Shown here: positions 32,601-44,600 of the stretch, one piece after another
Numbering within the stretch: position 1 is the first letter of the stretch
Layout: every line of letters begins with the position of its first letter
Origin: Lama glama
Lineage: Eukaryota
Length of the DNA: 64,000 nt
NCBI GenBank assembly: GCA_028534125.1
Contig: CM052842.1
Span: forward strand, 682,001 to 746,000
Direction of reading: 5' to 3'
Notes under the pieces: generated by a model
What the model saw: only the letters and a program-made list of their open reading frames with translations
What the model was told of the DNA's origin: nothing
The model's database searches: none
Program-made: the position numbers and the translations under genes

Positions 32601-35600
32601 GCTGGGTGGGCCACGGGTGCAGCTGCTTTCCAGAAGTGTGGGTGACTGCCTGACCTTTCTGAGCCTTGAGTCTGTCCGGTGGGGATGATGACATGCTCCC
32701 GTGGTTGTGGTGCAGATGTGATACTGCAACTGGGCGCTTGGGGGCTTGTGGTTGGTGGTGGCCTAGAGGGCAGCCCTGGGTCGGGGAGAAGAGCAGACCC
32801 TAGATAGGAGCATCAGCCGCTGGGCAGGAGGCCGGGCCATGGCGGGTGCTGGGCCCAGCCTGGGGTCTAGGTAGGTCCTTCCCAATGGGAGCAGGGTCCC
32901 AGAGGATGGAACGGGTCCTGCTGTCCCAGGGGAGGCCAGCAGCCACTTGCTGTGCCCCTGCTCTGGGACATCCCTCTGTCCCTAAGCACCTGTGCTGCAG
33001 GACCCAGGTTGGCAGACAACCAGTGTCCCATGTCGCTTGAGGCTCACACTTCTTGTGCTTCTGGAGCTTGCTGGCCTGGGTGTTGACGTGGGGCCACCTG
33101 TCCCCAGCACAGGGCAGGCCTGGCCCCTGCCTCCATCTTTGTGTCTCACTGCCTGGGGAGGAGCTTGGTCTCAGAGGGGTGCAAGGGGGCCTGGGGTGAG
33201 GCCAGAAGGGTGGATAGGAGCTTGCAGGGAGACTGAATGGGGTTGGGGAGCCAGGGGCAGCCCCAGGTGCTGAGTGGCAGCCTCACCTCTGGTCTGGTCT
33301 GGGTTGGACCCACTAGGGCCAAGCTGTGGGAGCCCATCTGGAAGGATCAGTGAGGCTGTGGGGTCGAGGGACAGCCTCAGGCTCACCATGTGGCCTCTCC
33401 AGCTCCTGTCGGTGGGGCAACAGTTTCTCCCACAAAGAGACGAGTGCCTGGCCAGGTGCCTGACCTTCGCCTCGCTGCTGCCCCTGCACCCCTCAGTGGT
33501 TTGGCCCGCCAGCCCTCTCCCCCTTCTTGGGTCAAGGGTGTGGTGAGTTTGAGCCCCTCCCTCCTTTTCTCTCCTTCTTCCTTGTCTGTGGCCAGGCTGG
33601 GCAGGCAGTTGGCTGCAGGCCAGGAGGGGGACTGGGTGTGGCTGCAGTGGGCAGAGGGGAGGGCACCCCCCAGCCCTGACGGAGGTGACTCAGTCTTCCC
33701 TTCCTGGCCACAGCCGCCAGTGGCGGCTCAGAGTTTCCAACAGGAAATCAGCTCCAGCTCCAGGCTGAGTCAGGGCCTGCGGGTGTGGGCCCCCCCTCCT
33801 TCCCCTCAGGGACCCGAGTGCCCCTCTCAGCACAGGAGGACGCCCAGGTGCCTTGGGTGCTGGGTGTGTCACAGGGCTGTGTCCCTGTCTGCAGGGGTCA
33901 TGATGGCTCCACACTCTGGCTAGGGATGTTCTGATGATGTTTAGAACCCACGACTTCTCAAGAGATTTTACAATCCTCGAGTAACGGGCCACACAGACCC
34001 CTTCCTTCCCCACAGCATCGCCCCTCCAGTCAGTTTGCAGAGGGGCCAGGCCAGGAGTGTGAGGGACCAGCTGCACTGCTCCCCAGAATGGCCTCGATCA
34101 CGTGGGCTGCCCTGGTTGGGGAGCCGCGGACACTGCAGGGCACTGAGCTGGGCCTGCTGCACCTCGGTCCCCACCGTGAGGCCCCACCCGCTCCCTGTGC
34201 CCCAGTGGTCTGCTCATCCACGTGGGAAGGTGACCACCATGTGTCCAGCCACGTACCAGCCAGACCCAGACTGAGTCTCTGGCTGGGAGCCTCCAGATCT
34301 GGGCATGAACTGGATGGAGAGCGAGCAGTCAGGAAGGGCCCCTTTGAGGAGGTGCTCTGAGCTGAGCCCTGACTGAAGACTCAGCCAGGGGCCACTCAGC
34401 AGGGAGAGGCCAGGTGGGGGGAGGGCGAGGAATTTGGGGCTACTTTGTGTGATGGAAAGCCGGTAGATTGAATTTCTATATGTGAATTTCATTTGCCTTT
34501 TAAGTAGTAATGATTTGCCTGGCTCAAAATTTGGAATGAACCAAAACACCCGTAGAGAAACGGTGGCATCTGCAAGCCCTCAGCACGTGTGTCTTTTATG
34601 CATCAGGGGCAGGTGGCCTTTGGGGCTTTGCTTCTCCTGACCCCGAGGCACTCCAGACTTTCCCACACGGTTTGTCCACAGGGCCCGTGGCGTCAGCGCC
34701 CGGAGCTGCCCCGCTCTTCCCACGGCTGCAGGGAGCCCCGCACGCGATGGGACGCGTGGGTCCAGCCAGCCCTGTGAAAGCCCCTAGCTCTGTACTTGGC
34801 TTGTCTGCGGGGAACCTGCGGCGCCCTGATGGGCTTCTAAGTGGGCTGTGGCGGGGTTAGGTCTGCCTGCCACCTGGCCCTGCAGCGGCTGGCTGGGACG
34901 CACCCAGGGGAGGCGCGCAGAGGCCGGGACAGGGCTGAGGGGTGTCGAAGGTGTGTTTTCCAGGGCAGACGGCTGCCTCCAGGCTGGCTGCAGTGGGTGT
35001 GGCAGGGACTGGGCTGAGGGAACGAGGGGCCTGGAGGGGCCAGGGAGGGGCGGGCCGGTGGGGCCCTTGGGGTGGGCTGGGCAGGGCAGGCACAGTGGAG
35101 AAGACCGCTGGCCCTGAGGGCTGTGCCTGATGGCTCTGGGATTGCAGGCTAGCTGGTCTACTCACCCCCCCGGGCTGGTCTGACCCGTCGGTCCGCTGGG
35201 CTTCGGTTCTGCTCAGTTTGCTGACTAAGGGGTGGCTGTGAGGAGGAGCCACATCTCCCAGAGCTGGGTGGGGAGGCCAAGGCTCGAACGAGCCCTCCCT
35301 CTGCCTCCCACCCCTTCCCTCCTTCCTGCATTCCCTTCCTTTCTTCTCTGCTTGCTCTTGGAGCTGCCTGGCCCGTGGGCGGCCGCCATGGACAGGTACA
35401 GCATGGAGGAGCTGATTCAGCTGGGCCAAGGTAGGGCAGGGCTGGGCAGGGGGCTGCAGGGGTGCAGGAGGGAGGGGTGGAGGCCTCCAGCTGGGGCCGG
35501 GCTGGGCTCTCCCAGTCAGCCTGTGTCTAGGGCCCTGGAGACACCAAACTTAGGGATGCAGGGAAGAGCAGGGCTCCCTCTCAGAGATGCCAGGGGGCGT

Positions 35601-38600
35601 GTCTGAGTGGGATGGAGGCGTCTGGGAACGGCAGGCTCTGCCCTCTGTGGGGTGGTGGAATACTGCTGTCACCCAAGAGGGACACTCAACTCCAGGGGCT
35701 GGTCCTCCCCCTGCTGTTAGAGTCCCCGGCTCCTTTGAGGCTTCCCCAGCCCAGTCCCAGCCTCCAGAGCTGGCCAGTGCAGGCCAGTTTCCTTCAGAAT
35801 TGAGCTTCTGAAGCACGAGGTTGGTGGGCAGGAAGCTTGGGTGGGCTCCATCCCTTCAGCCCTCCACGCCTCCACGCCTCTCCTCATTGCCTTGGTCTCC
35901 CCACGTGGGCAGGGTACCCCTTCCCTGGTGGTCAGAGGCCAAGCATGGTTTGCTGTGCTTTGCTGCAGGCTGACGGCACACTCCAGACAGACCTCCTGGG
36001 CTGACATCACAGCCTTGTGTGGCCGCAGGCAAGCTCCCCTTTCTGTGCCTCAGTTTCCCCATCTGTACGACGGATAATAGCATGGGACTTACTACATAGT
36101 GCTCTCTGAGGATTAAAATAGAGTGGAGCTTGACCTGTGGAAGTGGTACAAAATTGGGTATAAACCCGAACGCCCTGCCTGCTAGGGCCTGGGGGTCCAG
36201 GCTGCTGGGAGGAGAGGAGCAGGGTTGTGACCCCACCACGTCCTGTTTTCTGAGTGTACTGGAGCCAGGTTAGTCCAGGATGGGACATGGGCCTGCTTGC
36301 TGCCAGGGACCTTGGCCCCACATCTTCTGCCAGCCAGCGGCTGTGGGGTTCTGGAGTGGGGCCAGGGCAGACACCAGTAGTGTCCTGGGGGGGGGCGCTC
36401 ACGTGGCCCAGCCAGATTTGGGGCCGCCTAGGTCTCTGGCCTGCGGTGTGACCTTGGGGAGTCTGTCCCATCCCTCTGGGCCAGGTGTTGTGTTTGGTGA
36501 CTTGTGCGGGGGGGCCCCATGCCCATGTGGCCTTTGCAAGTGCACACCCCACAGGGTGGGCCGGGCGGGCTGCACCCCATTCCATGGGGACATGAGCCCC
36601 AGGCACTGAGTGCCAGTGCCAGGCCTTGTTCTGAGGGGTACCCTGACGCCAGGAGGCTTCTTATTGTCAGAATCCTCCGTGGGAGCCTGTGGGGAGCATC
36701 GGGCAGCGCCTCCCAGTCAGACAGGGCTCCGGCAAAGGCTGCGGGCCCCGGTGCCCTCCCTCCACACGTCATGTTCTAAGTCTGGACAAGTGACGGGCCT
36801 TGCTTGCCCTCCACGGGTATTTATATCCCTGGGCCCCCTGCCCACCCTCCCCTCCCCCACAGACACAGGCACTGCTGCTGACAGCAGCACCGCTGTGCCC
36901 TCCTCCCCGGCGCCACTGCCACTGCCCGGCTTGCTGCGCCTCCGAGGGGCCTGTGACCACACCCGCTCCCTGTTGGACCCCTGGGCTCCTGCCACTGTCC
37001 CCAATGAAGATTGTGCCGGGTAGGTGGGGCAGCCTTTGAAATCCTTGTGAGAGCCCAGCTGGGGCGACGGGCAGGGGGCTCGGTCCTTCCCCCCCCCCCC
37101 CGGCTCCCTGCTTTCAGGGCCCCTCCCTCCTGTTGTCCTACGTGGGGGGCTTTGGGATTCCGGGGCCGCTCCGCTCACTCGTCTTTGAGAGCTGTTGGGT
37201 CAGCTGCACGCCCCTAGGCCAGCAAGGGCTGGGGCCCTGGCATGCATCCCCTCGGCGCTGGCAGCTGTCACCAGAGGGCACCCTTGGAGGCAGAATGGGG
37301 TGCTCAGGCAGCACGGTCACCCTCCTGGTGGGGTGGAGGTGGGGGTGGGGTGGGGGAAGACTGTGCTGAGGCCGCCCAGGCTGTGCTGGGGGGGGGCCGT
37401 GGCTTGCCCAGGCTTCCCCACAGGCCCCTCCTCCCAGCGGGTGTGGCTCTGGGTAGGCAGGGGTTAAGGCTCCAGCTAACCTTGAGCGTGACAGCTCTGC
37501 TGCTGGGACAGCTGAGCGGGCACCGTGGGAGGCGGGTGGGGAGCGCCGACTGGCCGGGAGGGGGGCGGGCGGGAGCACAGTTGTGCAGCAGTGCAGCGGA
37601 CGACGGACTTGTCTCTGGGCCGACAGTGTGGTAGGGCGGTCCTGCAGGCGGGGCGGTCCTTGGTCCCGGGCATCCCCCACCCGCCCTCCACTCGGGGAGG
37701 GAGGGGTTCAGCCGGCCTCACACAGCCGTTCCGAAGGGCGGCTCAGCCTGCTCTGATCCAGAGCCATGGAGCCCTCGGGCAGCCTATTCCCTTCCCTGGT
37801 GGTCGTGGGCCATGTTGTCACTCTGGCCGCTGTGTGGCACTGGCGCAGGGGGCGCCGGCGGGTGCAGGATGAGCAAGGTAAGGCCGCTGGTGGCTACTGC
37901 CTGGGCTGCTGCCACCAGCTGCCACCCCAGGCTGGGGGCTGGGGGCGGGGCGGGCAAGGGGCCGCCTCTCTCCCGCCCCTATATTTCCCTATGCCCTCCC
38001 CTTCCTGTCCCTGAGCGAAGCACTGGCACACGGTCCCCCCCCCACGGGCAGGACCAGGGCTCTGTGGCTCCATCAGCCTGGAGCCCCTACTGGGAAGAGG
38101 TGTGAAGGAAGGAGAGGCTGGGGTGGACCTCCGGATGGGGGTTGGGGGAATGGGCAGCAAGGGAGGCACCTCTCTAGCTGTCAGGGACCGGGTGAGCACA
38201 GGTGACTGTCAGTACGGAAACCGCAGCTGGCAGGTGCAGAACGGGTGTCCTGGGGCAGGTCTTAGTAGAGCTCCCCACCAGGACCAGGGTGTGGCCGGGC
38301 CTGGGCAGAGCCTCCCTGCCCACTGCAGAGGGTGAGGCAGGTGCCTGAGCACCAAAGGCCAGGGCCCAGGAGTGCCTCCAGATGGGTAGCCAGGCTGTGC
38401 TCTGCCCTCCCCCTGCTCCGGGTCACCCACTCTGGGCTACAGCCCTTGGCAGCTGTGCCCAGCCCAGGACCCGGTGGGGCCTGCCTCTGCTCAAGTGAAT
38501 GAGCTGGAGTGGGTAGCAGTGGGGATCGGGGTTCTGGCCAGAGGAGCTGCCCCAATGAGGACATGCAGACTGTGCTTGGGTCTGCACTGGGCATACCCTG

Positions 38601-41600
38601 GGGTGTGGGGGTTTCCAGGGCTGCCCCCAGCAGGCCTGCTTAGTCTTAGCCTGGGTGCCAGGCCTGCTGAACATGAGGTGTGAGTCAGGACGGGGCTTCT
38701 AGGCGTGGCTTTGGGGGCTGGGAAGTAGCTGGTGACTCAGCTGCAGGGACGTTCAATAAAGTGCAAGGGCCAGGGCTTCTCCCCTCTGGTTGGGCCCTCC
38801 CTCCCTCCTTCAGCTTGGTTTTGTCCCCTGTTCCCATGTGAGGAAGGGGCTCCCCTGTGGCCGCTGTCCTGGCCTGCTCCCTGTCTCTTCTGCCCTCGGT
38901 GCCCCTTGAGGCTTTGGCGGCTGTTCTGTTCTTGGCTGTTCTCAGCCCCCTGGTGGCACCACCCTCCTGCTCGCACCACCTCCCACCTCCCGCCAGTCCT
39001 GCTGCGAGCGTTGTCCCCTGAATGTCAGTCCTGGGAGCTCCCAGGCCTCTTTGTCCTCCAGAGCAGCCTCCCTCTGCCCCCAGTCCCCCAGGCCAAGCTA
39101 GATCCTTTCCCTCCAAGTAGGGGCGCGGCTTGTAGGCCCACACTGGGCGGGGCGCCCGCCAGGGGCAGGTTTTTCCCGTCCGGGCCGAGCGCCCGAGGCC
39201 GGCTGCGGTGGCGGCAGCAGTGGGGGAGGCTGTGCAGTGCACAGCCGGCGGCCTCGCAGCGTGGGCTGGAAGGCAGACGCGCCGCGCTGTCCTGTTTGCT
39301 GTCCTCGTGGGCAGACCCCAGGGCACCCAGGCTCATGGCTGCCACTGGCACACGGGGGGCGGGAGTCGCTTTTGAGGCGCAGAAGGAGGTTGTGCTGGAT
39401 CGGCCGTGCTGGCTGGATGGGGGCTGCGAGCAGGCCCGCAGGGGCTACCTCTACCGGCAGCTGTGCTGCGTAGGTGGGTGCAGCTGGACGGGCGATGGCT
39501 GGAGGGGGCGCCAGTCTCCGCAGGGAAAAGCCGCCTGCCGTGGAAGGGGGCGGGGCCCGGCTCAGGTGCAGCCCCGCCCCCAGACTCTGTTCGGAAACAC
39601 CTGGGGAGGAAGGCGGGGTGAGGTCTCCTCTGTCCCTTTGTTCCCCCTGGAGCAGGGGGAGGGGGAGGGGCGGGGCTGGCTTGGGCATCGGCCGGTTGGC
39701 AGTCGGGATGTGTGCGGAGGGAGGGAGGGCCTGAGGGCGGGTCTCCAGGCCCTCGGCCGCCCTGGCAGCCGCAGCGGGGTCCCCTTCTCGATTGGCCAGC
39801 TTCCTGTCCAGGAGCGCCTTCATTGGTTGTGGGGCCTCCAGCCTTAGTTTCCATATCGTAAAAGGGGCAGCGATACTCTTCAGAGAGTCATGGACAGCTC
39901 TAGGTTACACTGAGCTGGTGGTCAGGGGTCAGGCAGTTGTGCCCGAGCATCAGTGCTGGGGTCAGGCAGATGGAGAGGGCAGCAGTATGGCCTGCTGGGG
40001 CACACGGGGCTGGGCCAGCCTGTTTTGTCTGCTGGTTTGAGGGCCTGAATAGGATGGACAGGGAAGGGGACATCCACAGCTAGGGACAAGGGACTGGCAG
40101 GCAAGGCTGGGAGGGAGGGGCTGTGGAGGTGGGGGGAGAGGATGAGCTCTGAGACCCTGGGAAGAGCTCAGAGGAGGAGGCACCAGAGGCTGGAGGGCTT
40201 CCAGGGGGTGGTGCTGCCGGAGCTGGGCTTGGGAGGTGATGAACTCCATGCAGGACAGCGAGACGGCATCTTTGGAGGGCCCTTAGTGGCAGGGAGAAAG
40301 CTGGAGAAGCAGCTTGGGCTGGGGCCTGGGCTGGGGGCTCACCCGTCTTGGATGTCAGGCCCTGGTGCCTCCAGGTTATAGCTTCTCCTGGAGTTCCCTG
40401 CTCCCAATTCCTGATTCATCCCCAGGGGCCTCTGGTGTCTTTGCCCTCACCAGAATGACACCCCTACTACCCCTGCAGGTAGGGACCCCACCTCTCTGTT
40501 ACTGCTGGACTAGCCCAGAGCCTGCATTCAGCAGGTGCTCAGTTATAGGCTTTTTGAACTGCTAAGATGGGGGATCTTCGGGAGAAGGCATTTCCGCAGG
40601 CTCCAGACCTGGGGAGGGGCAGGTGGGTGTGCTGGCGTGAGACATTCTTGGTGTGCACTGTACTGGGAGCGCTAGCAGACGTAGGGTGAGATTTGGATTG
40701 TGGAGCACCTCTGGACAGGGAAGAGCTGACGTCTGGTGGGGGCTGGTAGGGCCTCTGCAGACCCGGCCTGGAGGGTAGAGCAGGTTCAGAGTCTGAGATT
40801 GGGGCCCCAGGGGGATCTCCAGAGGTGGGGAGAGGGGTGTGAGACACTTGGCAGCCCTAGGAGTCTGTTAGGCTGTGCCCCAGGCCTGGGGATGGGGTAT
40901 AACCAGCTGGGCCTGGCTTGGCAACCCTACCCTGCGGGGTTTGGGCGCCCTCCCGTGGCCACAGAGGGGCAGCAGGGCTGAGGGTGGGGTGAGCTTTTCC
41001 TGGAACAGAAGCCTGAAGGCACTGGGGAAGGGGGAGGGGCAGCGGCTCACAGCTGGATCCCATCAAGCCAGATTCTCCGACTGGAAAATTCTGTGGTCAG
41101 GGCGGTGCATTCTTTCCTGCGGTGGTCGGGCAGCTGGGCAGTCCCTGTGGGGCCATGGGCAACTGTGTCCGAGACTGGAGAGAGCCAGGCAGCACCCCTG
41201 TGCCCTTTGTCTTTCCACCTTTACAGCCCTGGATCACGGCTATCTGTGAGCCCCACCCGACTGTAAACAGCCCGCCACCCATCCTGCCCCCACTGCCCCC
41301 AGGTGCGGCTTCCTTGCCTGTGAGTCACCGTGCCTGGGCCCCCTCCCCATCCCTGACTCACTGGCTGGGCCCCCTCTAGGTGCTCCCCACTGGCCCCAGC
41401 CCCCCCCCCCAACGTGGAGCAGAGTTCCTGCAGCTCAGGGCTGAGCGGTCCTGCCCAGTGAGTCAGCGCTCAGCTATGTGCCCCCTCCTGCCCTGCCGTG
41501 TGCTCTGCCTTCAGATCGGGCACTGCTCCAGGACTGGCCTGGTGGGCAGCCTGGGAAAGGCCTGCCCGGCCCTGGACCACGGTGGAGCCTAGCAGGGCGT

Positions 41601-44600
41601 AGGGGCTGGGCGTAGGGCATGGATTATGAGGAGGGGTGATTTAGGGGGTCTGCGAGGAAAGGATGGGCAGTTGCCCCCAAGTCCCTCAGCTTGGGGGACC
41701 CTCCTAGAGCTCCTCTGGTAGGTAAGGTGGGCCGGCTGAGGGGCAGCCCTGGGCCCAGCCACACTCAGGCACCCTCCCCGTAGTGAGGGCCTCCTCTGGA
41801 GTGGCCATGTGGATGGCATGTGGTTTCCTGTGGTCCTGGCACTGGTCTGTGTGCAGTGAGGTGCCGGGTCGCCTCCAACCTCCAGGTCCCCCACCCCAGG
41901 GGTTTCAGCAGGCAGAGTGGGTAAGGAAACCCCTGGGTTTCCTGTTTCTGCCCCAGTGTGGGTGTGGCCGTGGGGGAGGGGCTGCCTCCCTGGAGGGGGT
42001 GGGCAGGGCGGGGTGGGGCTCCCGTGGGCGGGGACAGCCACTGGGGAGTAGGGCGGGTAGGGAGTGGCCACACCAACTCGGCTCTGAGCTGAGCCGAGCT
42101 GAGCCCAGCCTGCCACCGCCACCGCCACGCCGAGCGAGTGCTGTTGCCGCACCAGCCTCAGCCGCCTGTGTGCACGCGGGGCACAGGACGCAGCACCTGG
42201 GGGCCGAGGGACAGAGCGCTGAAAAGGCAGGGACAGCACCATGTCTCAGCACCGGCTCCGCGTGCCCGAGCCTGAGGGCCTGGGTCCCAAGAGAACCAGC
42301 TCGGAGGACAACCTCTACCTGGCTGTGCTCAGGGCCTCAGAGGGCAAGAAAGGTAGCGATCACTCCTTGCTGGGCCAGGCAGGCACGAGGCAGGAAGGGC
42401 CTAGTCCTGCGGCAGGAAGCCTGGCCCTGGGCGGGGGTGGGGCCCAAACGCTGAGGGTCTGAATTTGGGGACAGACTCTGAGACAAGCCTTGGGGGTGCG
42501 GGCGGTGTGCTGTCCTGGCCCAGGTGCTGAGTTGCCAGGGCGGGCAGTGGGCAGCAAACTCTGCCCACACAAAGAGGGCTGGCCTATGTTGGTGAGGCTG
42601 GTAGTGGCCTCTGGGCCTTGGGTATAGGGCTTTGGTCTGGGGGGGCGCCCACTGCCCGTTGAGAGAACAGAGCTTCCCCCTTGCCACATCCCTGCCCAGT
42701 CCTGGGTCCTGGCCTGGAACGTCTGCCCAGGTCCCCGAGAGGCAGCATGTGTGGGGGTGGGGCGGGTTGGGACTTGCCAGCCACTCTGGGTGCGCTCTGG
42801 GTGCGGCTGGCAGCTCCAGACCCTCCCCTCTTGGGAGGGAGACAATAGAGGGATGAGCGGTGGGCACCTTGTGTGCCCAGCCCCTCCCCTCCCAGCCAGG
42901 GCTGACTGGGGCCCCGGTCTCTGCCAGGCTGGTGGGGCAGGGGCCAGGAGACTGAGTCTCAGTGTGTGGTGCTGAGGTCTTCTTCAGGTCACTGCCTGCA
43001 TGGTGGTCACCTCTTGGAGGCCCTCTGGGCTTCTCCCAGGCCCCAGGTAACCTGGCCTTGTCTCTCCCAGATGAGCGGGACCGCGTGCAGAAGAAAACCT
43101 TCACCAAGTGGGTCAACAAACACCTCATCAAGGTTGGTGGTGTGTGTGCACAGGGGCGTTTGTGTGCACGCACTTGGCTTCAGGGGCTGAGGAGATCGTG
43201 GATGGGGGCGGAGGAGGGTGTCCCTGGCCCTCCAGCCTGAGCAAAGGTCCCCACCCCTTCTGCCACCCACCTGCTCTCGATCACCCTTCACTGTCCTGAG
43301 AGCTAACCTTTCACCTCTGAAACCTGTCGTTTTCTGTCCTCTTCCTCCCCACGCTCGCTCCTGTCTCCTGCCTCCTGTCTTTTTCCTCCTTCTCCTCGTC
43401 TCTCCCGGTCTCTGTGTAGCACTGGAGGGCAGAGGTAGGTGACTCCGTGGGGGTGGGCGTGTTCTGTGGGCCTCCTGCCTTATGCCCTCTGGGGTCAGTG
43501 CCCGCCCTGCTCCAGGGCCTGTTGGTTCTAGGGACCTGCAGCCAGCCCAGCCCCTCTGTCCCTGCAGGCCCAGAGGCACATCAGTGACTTGTACGAAGAC
43601 CTCCGTGATGGCCATAACCTCATCTCTCTCCTGGAGGTGCTCTCAGGGGACAGCCTGGTACGTCTGCCCGCCCGCCCGCCCCCTCCGTGGCCCCGCCTGC
43701 CTTCCCTCCTTGGGGTCTTTCCCACGCACCTGCTCCATGTTCAGCCTGGCCTCACCCCCTACTGCGTGCATCTCCTGGTCTAGAGTGTCGGGCCTCGCCT
43801 GGGAGTGGCCCTCAGCCGTGTGCCGTGGGCACTTGGCCCTGCCACCCTCCGTGCTGGAGCCTTTACACAGTAACCTCATGCTCTGCTCTGCTTTGGTTTC
43901 TCTGCTGCTTGGACTCTGAACTTTGACCTCTGCCCTTTACCTTTTGCCCTGCTCTGGCCCGGCAGCCAAGAGAGCGGGACGTAATCAGGAGCTCGCGCCT
44001 GGTGAGTGGTTGTGCCCGCTGGCCACGCGGCAGGTGGGCTCCCTGAGGCCACGAGCCCAGCCCACCCGGGGCTGACGGCCCATGCAGCCCCGCCTGCACC
44101 TGGTACGCGGGAGGGCAGATGACCCCGCGTCGAGCCGCCTGCTGTCCTGCCTGCTGCACTGCCTGAGACTGGGCAGGAGGACCCCCTCCCCCAAAGCCAC
44201 TGCCCTCCACCCGGGGCTTCCTGGCTATTGTCTCCTCCCCACCGCCTCCTTCCTTCCCTGAAGCCTGGCCGTTGGACTTTCCAAGCCCCTGCTGGGCCTG
44301 GCCTCTGGGCCAGTGGCCCGCCTTTCCCAGCTGGGGTGGGTAGACGGGGACACAGAAGGGGCTGCTGCCCCAATGGGGAAGACACTCGTTCAATCGCTAT
44401 AGATGCCTTGGGGTTCTGAGCTCGGGTGGGGCTGCAGGCGTCGGCCAGGCTGTGCCCTGGCTCTGGAGATGCTGACCAGCCTGCCTCCTCTCACAGCCCC
44501 GGGAGAAGGGGAGGATGCGCTTCCACAAGCTGCAGAACGTTCAGATCGCCCTGGACTATCTCCGGCACCGCCAGGTAAGGCTGCCCTCCTGGCCACAGGC

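Noticed and set aside
33388-33548. ACCATG ORF (MWPLQLLSV...) ending at a TG|GTGAGT donor, as another PLEC first exon
   Set aside because: The donor is phase 2 relative to this ATG, so it is out of frame with exon 2; at most a non-coding exon, and unsupported.
15387-38760. Intronic AATAAA hexamers (15387, 38755) as premature poly(A) sites
   Set aside because: No upstream terminal exon can be supported; such hexamers are expected by chance.
38732-39847. 371-aa plus-strand ORF spanning exon 1g
   Set aside because: Only the 46-codon 1g segment is recognisable; the rest is open by GC content and starts at a non-ATG codon.
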